64,000 bases of DNA, from the NCBI GenBank assembly GCA_030141605.1, contig JAQGDQ010000429.1, forward strand, positions 1 through 64,000, in the 5' to 3' direction. The position numbers were made by a program, and so were the translations under genes. The notes beneath the pieces are model-generated. The model had not been told where the DNA came from. It saw only the letters and a program-made list of their open reading frames with translations, and ran no database searches. The stretch's first letter is position 1. Each line of letters opens with the position of its first letter. Source of the DNA: Tubiluchus corallicola. Lineage: Eukaryota; Animalia; Priapulida. Shown here piece by piece: positions 54,531-64,000 of the stretch.

Positions 54531-57500
54531 TTATAGTATTGGACTGGTTAGTAGGTCATCTACTGTATTTGATTTTAGTGACTTCACTAACCGAGTTTCC
54601 TTAGGTGGCCGCTTGCTCCGACCACGTCTCACTAAAGGTGTACCTCGACCACGAGTCGATGGCTGACCAAGTAGTTGCTTGATGCGACCACGTCGCAGTA
54701 ATTGACTAAGCACAGGCTTGCCCCGACCACGAGTCATTGGTCCTTTGGTCCAAAGATGCGTCATCTTTCGAGATGATGCTTGACCTTGATTTGATATTTG
54801 ATGCTTGTTACTATCATGACGATGCTTTGGCACGTGCGCCATTGGCCCTTCCTTTTGAGACGATGTTTGACCTTGATTTGTTATTTGATGATCGTTACTA
54901 TCATGATGATGCCTTGGCAAGTGCGCCATTGGCCCTTCCTTTTGAGACGGTGTTTGACCTTGATTTGATATTTGATGATCGTTACTATCATGATGATGCC
55001 TTGGCAAGTGCGCCATTGGCCCTTCCTTTTGAGACAATGTTTGACCTTGATTTGATATTTGATGTTCGTCACTATCATGACGATGCCTTGGCACGTGCGC
55101 CATTGGCCCTTCCTTTTGAGACGATGTTTGACCTTGATTTGTTATTTGATGATCGTTACTATCATGACGATGCCTTGGCACGTGCGCCATTGGCCCTTCC
55201 TTTTGAGACGATGTTTGACCTTGATTTGTTATTTGATGATCGTTACTATCATGATGATGCCTTGGCAAGTGCGCCATTGGCCCTTCCTTTTGAGATGATG
55301 TTTGACCTTGATTTGATATTTGATGTTCGTCACTGCCATGACAATGCCTTGGCAATTGCGCCATTGGCCCTTCCTTTTGAGATGATGTTTGACCTTGATT
55401 TGATATTTGATGTTCGTTACTATCATGATGATGCCTTGGCAAGTGCGCCATTGGCCCTTCCTTTTGAGACGATGTTTGACCTTGATTTGATATTTGATGA
55501 TCGTTACTATCATGATGATGCCTTGGCAAGTGCGCCATTGGCCCTTCCTTTTGAGACGATGTTTGACCGTGATTTGATATTTGATGTTCGTCACTATCAT
55601 GACGATGCCTTGGCACGTGCGCCATTGGCCCTTCCTTTTGAGACGATGTTTGACCTTGATTTGTTATTTGATGATCGTTACTATCATGACGATGCCTTGG
55701 CACGTGCACCATTGGCCCTTCCTTTTGAGACGATGTTTGACCTTGATTTGTTATTTGATGATCGTTACTATCATGATGATGCCTTGGCAAGTGCGCCATT
55801 GGCCCTTCCTTTTGAGATGATGTTTGACCTTGATTTGATATTTGATGTTCGTCACTGCCATGACAATGCCTTGGCAAGTGCGCCATTGGCCCTTCCTTTT
55901 GAGACGATGTTTGACCTTGATTTAATATATGATGTTTGTCACTACCATGATGATGCCTTGGCAAGTGCGCCATTGGCCCTTCCTTTTGAGACAATGTTTG
56001 ACCTTGATTTGATATTTGAGGTTCGTCGCTACCATGATGATGCCTTGGCAAGTGCGCCATTGGCCCTTCCTTTTGAGATGATGTTTGACCTTGATTTGAT
56101 ATTTGATGTTCGTCACTGCCATGACAATGCCTTGGCAAGTGCGCCATTGGCCCTTCCTTTTGAATATGCAGCATTACAACCTGATCTCCCCCAAGTGGCT
56201 GCTTAGCACTTGCCTTCTTCTGGAATGTCCATTTGGCTAGTGGCACTTTCTTATCTGGTATAGCCATGTATGTGTCACACTCTAGTCGGTTATTGTATTC
56301 TGGTTCCGTGGACTGGGATAATAATGCGTCGCTCGGCTTCGAACCCCTATGTTGAGAATGGCCTGATGCTGACACGCTAGTAGAGCACGAGAATAATGTT
56401 TCTGTGTCTGCAGATATCACTTTTGCTAGTATCGCATCACCACTGCTGCTACCTGTATTGTAAATTGGTATCGATATCATTCATGTAATTGTATTGTAAA
56501 TCAGTAGCAAAGTAGATATGATTCATGCATTTTTTAAACCGTACTTACAAAATGCTTTCAAGTAAAATATTATCATCTTTAAATAGCATTTTGAATAGCT
56601 AGGTCTCATACTGTTAACAATTTAAAGGGGGAATATCAACAAAATTACGTTGAGCTTGAATAACACGCGATTATATTGTGAATAGAAATACGTACCTCAT
56701 TCTTTTCACGAAAATTTCATGTTCAAGAATCCTTGACAAAAGTTCGGATAAAATTGTACACAAAACGAACATCTGACTAGGCCGCCATTCAGCACATATC
56801 TGCGCCTGTGCGTCTGGTGGCAAAATGCCCAACGGGAGAACGACTGTACACAACACTAGTAAGATACACTTTCCCGGGAGATACAAAAAAGTTAATTACT
56901 CATTATTTAGACAACATACTGATAAAAAAATTTCGCCAAGTTGTTCCCGGGGAAGGAAACTATAAAATAAGTTTAGCTTGATTTTCATGATAGCCCCCCT
57001 TTAAATAGCAAATTAAAATTTGCGAATTTCTCACGTACCCATTATTGAAATATTTTTTCTTCCGTTGTCATCGATCTTTGCAAGTTCTAAATCCTTTTCT
57101 TGTCTTAAGGACTTTTCCTGCTTTAAAGTCTTTTCGTGTTTTGAAGTGTCACTCCTGCAGTACGACAAGCAAGCTTTATATCGGGTGGCATAGAAAAACT
57201 ATACCGAAGTTTAGACTACAGTAATATTAGAAGCGAGCACTCTATAAAGTTGCAATTTCACAGCATGGTACTACAATTCATCAGTTTTTTGTTGTTTGTT
57301 TGTGAAAGTTGCAATTTTATAGTTTTACAAATTTGAAGTTATGGCCGGGAAACTCTTGTATGTCAAAAATTTAAATGCTTGACCGATGTCAGCTGAAAAC
57401 AAAGTACTGATAAGGAGTTACTGTCAAGAAAAAAATTTAATTTATTCTAGGAACTGCTGCATTTCAAGTTCCGAAAGAAAATGCGCGATAGCCGCACAGA

Positions 57501-59558
57501 GCCGTTTGATTTAGGAGAATTAAAGGGAAGAATTGTTTTTCATTTACTGTTTTAAAACTTCTATATCATTAGGAAAAAAATCTAAGGGGATGAACTAAAA
57601 TTTTTGGTATTTACACATTAGCGTTTGTAACATCAATCTGGTAAACTACAAACCATCCTATTATTTTCTTATGACGCGATCAAAACTAATTTACGCATCT
57701 AACTTATTTGATGCATGTAAAACTAGGTCACAGCCAGTGTTGGTATGATAAAAGTTTGATAAAACAGAATACAGTTAAATTAAAATATGTACATTTATCA
57801 ATCAATTATCATATGCTTATAGTATATGTTACATAGGTATTTAGTTCGTGTAAACCTACCTGTACTTTATGCAGGTATATGTGAGAGCTGCTACTACAAT
57901 CAGTATAAAGATACTAATGCAGCCATATAGTGTCAGAACAACTGCTTTATCTGAAAGAAGTACAGACATACGGACAATGTCTAATGGATAAAATAAAAAG
58001 AGTATAGTACATAAATATAACTCTATAGTGACTGATGCATTAATCATTTTTACAGTAGATTACAATTATGGGTCGCTAGTCTAGAATCAAGGGTGACGTC
58101 ATACGCCTTGTGTAATTCATCGTACTCAAAAAAGTTACATTACAAATTACGAATTTTAATATTTAAGTGTTCGAAGGAGTTAAACGGTCGTGGCGTATGC
58201 CTCACTACTAAATTAGGTAATACTAGGGCTGATCATTTAACGTGAACGGTTTGTAATCACTTTGGTGCAATTCTCACTGTAGGCAGCTTCGTTTACCAAG
58301 CCTACTCAACTTGTTTACTTCATTAGAAAGAGATGATGAGTTCACATCCGACAGTCGCTACGGCACGACTGCCAGTTCCGTGTTTTGTTCTGATAAAATA
58401 GGTTCCAGTCCTACCACAAGTATCTACATTAATTAGGCCTTTATGTGTGGATTCGGCTTGCAGTATGCTGAAGCCACATAATCATTAGTATATGTACGAA
58501 TCAATTTGATTCGTGTTTATTTTAATTTGACCTAATCGCTGTAGATCACAGGTTTGAAAGAACTGATCCGTTTTTGACCTTGGATAGAGGAATATTAAGC
58601 TCTATCCAGACTATTTTTTCCAATTTACATAAATATTTCTTAAAAACTTACGAATGCAACTATCAAAAATATTGATATACGGTTGCAGACAGACACAGTT
58701 CATTGTTTCGCCAGTAAATTTACACTCAGAGTTTTTAGGGCATGCTTCCTTGCGGGTACCACATCCATTTTGAGGAGTGTTTAAACTACCTACAATTTAC
58801 AAAAAACATAGTTCGTCTTTTACAACAATAATTCTTACCACTATTTTATACAGAGCACTAATAATAACTGTTACTACAACTATATATGATCTTTTAGTAT
58901 ATATATTCTTCTCAGTGCTTATCAGTGGTCAGTAGTGCTAGTAAACATACTAATTTAAATGTACTAAATAAGTTAAAGGTGGAAAATTTATTTTCAGTAA
59001 TATAATATTCTCATCAGTTAGTTCATTAACTGACGTTAAGTATAAAAATTAATGAGCTTTGGGAATGATCCCCTTGCAACCGCCTACGTACAATAAGCAA
59101 GCTCTGACGTTGAAAGCTCGGTTCAGTTATGAAGCATAATTTTGATTAATTAAAATTGAATTATGTCAATACATTTTTGTTGGCTCTGCTCTTCTGACCT
59201 AAATTACTGACCTAAACTTTTACATTTAAATATAAAAAAAACTATAATACATGTAATGCGTACTAAGAGTTTCTGCCTTGTTAAACACTCGTTTCCTTTC
59301 CTGATTGTGGGCATTGAGAATATTTTCGATTTTTTTAACTTCGTCGCGCGCGATTTCATCAAGCTTCTCCTGGACATGGTCATCTTCACTCTGCTTTCTG
59401 TCTTCTGCAGGAACAAGAGAAACAAGATTTGCCGAAATCTTTGGTATGTTCTTTGGTTTTACATCCCTAGGTCGATTTATCGGTCTTGAATATACAAAAT
59501 AACAGCACACGATTAAATATAGAATTACGTTTAAGGTAAAATCTATGCGCTGCTTCAT
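54531..59558 (-). CDS. Unrecognised type I membrane protein, ~863 aa: signal peptide, propeptide, EGF-like module, TM helix, His-rich repeat cytoplasmic tail
   Basis: Five GT-AG exons in continuous phase: 59558-59264, 58789-58652 (CGTRKEACPKNSECKFTGETMNCVCLQPYINIFDSC), 57980-57860 (TM AVVLTLYGCISIFILIVVAALTYTCI, then KYR), 57154-57039, 56452-54531. Total 2592 nt, no internal stop. Confidence 0.85.
54766..56164. repeat. 87-bp coding tandem repeat, 16 copies (QKEGPMAHLPRHHHDSNDHQISNQGQTSS)
   Basis: ggcccttcc recurs every 87 bp; units 4-8 recur as units 10-14 (522-bp period). Confidence 0.97.
56626..57000. mobile_element. TTAA-flanked MITE (Kolobok-like) in intron 4 of the EGF-TM gene
   Basis: ttaa|agggggaatatca ... 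tgatagcccccct|ttaa. Confidence 0.75.
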
Positions 59559-59973
59559 ATTATTATAGTTTCTTTATATTATCATCATTTTATTAGCTGT
59601 GTGTCATTAGAGTACAAAGCACGAATGATGTTAAGGAGACTGTCAATAGAAAAATGATGTAATTTCTGGTTGCCATGATGCGCTCCGCTTTCCGTGGCAA
59701 CGCTCGTTGCTTCCGTAATAGAAATTATTCGTCACTATGTAAGTAACATGATTGCTTGTCCTTTTAGAGTTTTTTGCTGTTGTTTTGTTAAATATGTGTT
59801 ATACAGCGAGTACGCGATAAATGATGATAGTATACAAATAAAACTGAATCATGCATTTTTTTCTATTATACTTGTTACAACACAACTAAATCAAACTATT
59901 TCACGTTGCATAACTGGCATAACCGTTCCGTTAAGATAAAACACAACAAAAGAATATATAAGTAAACAGAACC

Positions 59974-60298
59974 TGTTAAATTATGTTAAAAGTATTAGAT
60001 TATGATAGATAATTATGTTGATGAATGCTGGTATAAAGCCAGTTAAGGAGTGGTGTCACGTGAGTAAGTGATTCAGAATTGAGGTGTCGGGGCTCCGCGC
60101 ACGATATATAAGCCGTGCGATGCGCCCAGCTCAGGGAATTAGACCGAGTCTGGGAGCCGGAGCAGAGAGCAGTGAGATCAGGGGCTTGGCAATACTATCT
60201 GTTATATCTATTGTGTTTGATGTTTAATAAACGTGTGGTTTTACAATCAGACTCTTCATAGTTTTGCCATTCCTAAAACACCAATAATCTGCTATACA
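59974..60298 (+). mobile_element. Probable solo LTR, ~325 bp
   Basis: TG...CA ends, imperfect 5-bp TSD gaacc/caacc, TATATAA at ~60105, GC-rich middle, AATAAA at ~60226. Confidence 0.55.
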
Positions 60299-61439
60299 CA
60301 ACCAATACAACGAATTATTTTTACGTATATTTATTTATGTACATATTATATTATTTCACAGATTAACCGCATGAATGGATGTAATAAAAAATCAACAAAC
60401 GCAAAAAATGAAGAGCTTATGAATTAAAAATATAATTACTGCGCAATGTAGAAAACGTGAATTTATCATAAAATAGTTAAAAACAAATTAGCCACCTTAT
60501 TTCACTCAACTTAAAATTATTTATCTCATACAATATGTAGGGCTTTTGGCTATAATTATCCTATGTATATCTATGTTATATGTATATAAACATATATATA
60601 ATACAACGGCTACATAACTTGTACTTGATTAACGCTTTCATTCAAACAGAAAAGGTAACTGTCGTTAATGGCTCGTACAATTCCTCCTTTTTTGATTTTC
60701 CAATTTTTTATTCAAATTTATGAAATTTTGGAATTTATTCAAATTCAAAATTATTCAAACACAGTACACATCTGAAGTCAGAGTTTAGGCCCATCTTACA
60801 TATATAACAATAAACATTCTATTGCTCATTTAAAAACAATTAAACTTGTTAGAAAACGTGTACGCATGTTTATAATTAACATCATAATTAGGCTGATAAC
60901 AAAACTGAGCAAAAACACAATCGTAATAACAACAATAGCGTAAGAAACGTAACCAGCGTTTCCCTAACTCTCTTGGGAGTCTACTCCACAACCAATAAAC
61001 AAAATATGTAGGCGTTTAATGTAAGACTTCACGTCAAACCCACATAAAAAGGAAAACTCGAGCAAAGCCAAATATCTAGCTAACTACCGTGTATGTAAAA
61101 GGGATGTCGAAGTACACACAAATTCTCAAAAACATCAACTAGTGTTTTTTCCTGTGTGTACCTAATTTTTCGCTATGCATTTTCTTCACAGTTTCTTCTT
61201 TGGTTGCAACAGTGTTTAGCCAAACTTCATCAACTTTCTTTGGTGTAAACAACAAATAGTTCAGTTACTTCTTGTCAAACATATCGCACAAGCGAAAAGC
61301 TACAAAAGAACCAGTTAAATAATAAATAAAGATACATGAAAAAAGTTGACTTTCAGTTTAACGTAGCAAACTTGTTTAATAGTAAATGCTCTCAGAGTAT
61401 TGAATTAACAGGGAAGGCATGTCATTAGTTTTTAAACTG

Positions 61440-61605
61440 ATATCATCATATTCATCGTCGTCGTCGTCTCATCATTACCACCACCACCACCACCATCATT
61501 AACATCATCATCATCATCATCATGTCCAAAACATCATCACTACCACCACCATCGTGATGACCATCATCATAATTGTTATCATCATCATCATCATCATCAT
61601 CACCA
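61440..61605. repeat. (CAT)n/(CAC)n trinucleotide tract, intronic
   Basis: catcatcat/caccaccac runs; explains the poly-D/M/V ORF. Confidence 0.9.
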
Positions 61606-61697
61606 CGAGAAGCAACTAAAATCATGTACAAAATTAACTGAGAAGCTCCACTAGATCTTAGACTTATGTCTACTTTCAAAGCAATTAAAATACTCAC

Positions 61698-62957
61698 GAT
61701 ATAAATTTCTGATGTTCTGTTTATCAAACTCATACAATTTCTTTCTCCTTACTGTCTTTCCACTCACATTAGGAAACATAATTGATTCTTTAATGGTGGC
61801 ATGTGGCAACCCCAATACATGGCCTAACTCACGAAGAGCAGTAAAAGCTAATAGATCAGCAGCATTTCTCCAATTTTCGGTGTCATCAAACTGCACATCA
61901 CCCTGTAACTGCTTGCTTTTCGTGACGAAAGGGTAAAAGGCGTGGGCGTACTCGTTAAATTTTGGATCGCTGTCAAACGGTTTTCCGTCACCGTGTTTGC
62001 GGGGGAGGAAACCTACCCCGGCGTCGACTTCACTATCGTCTGTGACTTCAGTGAGGGTGAGAGAACTGGCGGGTTAGTGCCAGCGTGGTTAATGGCTTCT
62101 AACCACGTGTCAACGGCTTTTTGAAATGTTTTTCTACAAAATTAAAAGATCATTCCAAAGTAGAAATGTTGACGCTAGATTTAACAATAACTTCATTTTT
62201 GAGAGGTAGACAGGTCAGTATGTAAGTAGGCAAGCAGGTAAATAGGTAGTTAGGTTCGTGGGAAGTAGGATAAGTAGGCAGGCAAGCTAGTAGGTAGCTG
62301 TGTAGACAGGCAGGTTGGTAGGTAGATACGTGGGCATGTAGGTAAGTAGGTAGGCAGGTAGGAGGTAGATGGGTAGATAGGTGGGTAGGTAGATAGGCAC
62401 GTAGATAGGCAGACGGGTAACCAGATAGGTAAGTAGACAAGGAGGTAGGTGTAGGTAAGTGGGTAGGTAGGAAGGTATGTAGGTAGGTATGTAGATACGC
62501 AGGCAGGCAGGTAGATAATATATGTGGGTGAGTAGAAGGTTAGTAGGCAAATATGTATGTAAATACAGAAATAGGTAATAGAAAGTCCTAATATTGAAGA
62601 TGCTGAATAACTAAATCCTCAAAATTGGGAAACACTTCAGTGTTTCAAGCACATTCATCAGTACTCATTCATTTTCAATGAACAGTTCAAACGTTCAAGA
62701 TAAACATTTGCTTTGCAGGTTGATAGTTGCTAATTTAATGATTAATGAGTCGCTACGATACCATGCGCACAAAATTGGCACAAACTGCTAGGTAAACTTG
62801 AACTATACCTGTAAGCGATCTAGTTTACATAAAAATGTACGACAACTTTGTTTAAAGCCTCTGATTAGTCAGCAAATCAAATCTTGATTACAAGATTGGT
62901 AACTAGGCACCTTACTGCTCCAAGATCATTCGCAGGAGATGATGGATGATAGACATC
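61698..62957 (-). pseudogene. Matrix metalloproteinase (M10A)-like gene, frameshifted and missing zinc ligands
   Basis: Probable exon 62957-62911 (DVYHPSSPANDLGAVR) and exon 62133-61698: KTFQKAVDTW, frameshift near 62070, HGDGKPFD, YAHAFYP, GDVQFDDTENW, RELGHVLGLPH, SIMFP. Confidence 0.8.
62205..62570. repeat. Degenerate (GGTA)n/(GGCA)n microsatellite in an MMP intron
   Basis: ggtaggtagg/ggcaggcagg runs; explains the LPTY ORFs. Confidence 0.9.
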
Positions 62958-63069
62958 CTACGATCGTGCAACAGTTCTCAATCATGACTTCACTGGAAAC
63001 TTTGACTAACACCTTTAAGGTGACAAATTTTGCAGCAACAATTGTATGATATATATATACAGTTGTTAT

Positions 63070-63790
63070 ATATCATAACTTTTTTAACTTCTTTTTAACT
63101 TTTTGTTTACAAATTTACAACTTGGAAACATTATATATGCTTTACATACAGATGTGGTCTGGGAGACTCATACATGGCAAAAAAACGCAAACCGTACGGG
63201 CCGTTTAACCCAGACATTTAACATAAATAGCATACAATAGAATACAGTTGTTTGATCGATGGGGACAAATGATGACGAAGCAATGATGATCAGTGAACAA
63301 TTTTTCATACCGGATGTTAACTATCAATACTATTACTCTATAGGATTTTACCGATTGAAGGATAAACATACATAACCTGAAGGGAAATAATAATATAGGA
63401 CATATGTGATCAACTTAATTAACGACGACTAAAATAAAGTGTACATACATAGCAATTATCAAGTATACAAATATCAGAATGAGTATTATGGAAAAATAAT
63501 TTACAATACTTGGTGGATTTATAACAATGAGTACGAACTTTATCAGTTACATGATTTGGAAGATTATTAACTAAAGAAAAAATGATATACGCCAACGAAC
63601 GATTTGAAAATATTAAATGTAAATTTGTTGTATGTTTAGTTTCTCTAGCTCTTGCAGGGTATTCATGATAATCAGTTCCTCGCAGTATGGGTAAAGACTG
63701 GAAATAAGCAGGTAATAATTGATTGCAATTTTTAAAATTAAATTTAAGTTTTGTGAGAGCAAGTAAGTGTTCAAGCTTCACTACTAAATT
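63070..63790 (-). mobile_element. 5'-truncated LINE (CR1/L2/Crack-like) 3' end
   Basis: ORF 63419-63781 ends NNLP...CILDNCYVC, typical of LINE ORF2 C-termini; followed by a 3' UTR and an A-rich tail (T-rich on + at ~63075-63110). Confidence 0.65.
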
Positions 63791-64000
63791 GGCGGAAGAA
63801 GTTAGGCATAACTGAGGTATGGAGCAAGTCCCAGTATTCTAATTGCTCTTTTTTTGCTACCTGCCAGGTCACTGCATAGTCTGCACCTTCCGTTGTTGCA
63901 CATTTCAGATGCAAATATGCTGTAAATGTCATTTGTTTTAAAACCAGTTTTTCTACGTGCTGTTGTTTGCTTGAATCCAGAAACCAATAATTATTAATGA

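Noticed and set aside
54766-56164. Regularly spaced repeats resembling a CRISPR array
   Set aside because: Whole units are homologous with no unique spacers, there are no cas genes, and the context is a eukaryotic coding exon.
54737-56206. 489-aa antisense ORF (FDLDLIFDDRYYHDDALASAPLALP) over the 87-bp repeat
   Set aside because: Confined to the repeat, no ATG context or splice partners; a stop-free unit with length divisible by 3 gives such ORFs automatically. The minus frame is the one that splices into a gene.
56453-56480. ATG at 56480 as the start of an intronless 649-aa gene
   Set aside because: An acceptor (tacag) opens an exon at 56452 in phase with upstream exons; the first nine codons are probably intronic.
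63802-63987. 61-aa minus ORF with GRCRLCSD as a possible MMP cysteine-switch exon
   Set aside because: Too far from PRCGxPD and splice boundaries are unclear.

Overview
AT-rich, intron-rich animal genomic DNA, probably a non-arthropod invertebrate given the TTAGGG-type hexamers (inference). Exons were assembled by hand from GT-AG junctions and phase continuity. Left to right: (1) a minus-strand ADAM/reprolysin-like gene whose zinc motif has Glu->Gln (HQLGHLLGMDH), broken at an (AAAGT)n microsatellite by an inverted copy of its own exon; (2) a two-coding-exon ZIP1/2/3-type (SLC39A3-like) zinc transporter; (3) a 22-exon OSBPL9/ORP9 orthologue on the minus strand, head-to-head with (4) an 11-exon DEPDC1 orthologue across a 210-bp promoter with CRE, paired CCAAT and CHR-like motifs; (5) an orphan KLHL18-like Kelch exon; (6) a 5-exon, ~863-aa type I membrane protein gene that the ORF track shows only as fragments (signal peptide, propeptide with basic sites, one EGF-like module, TM helix, cytoplasmic tail of 16 His-rich 29-aa repeats, RGR-rich end), which is the best novelty candidate; (7) a frameshifted MMP-like gene with lost zinc ligands. 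Many MITEs (one family carrying telomere-like repeats), a Tigger/pogo remnant, LINE 3' ends, a probable solo LTR and microsatellites fill the rest. No database searches could be run.
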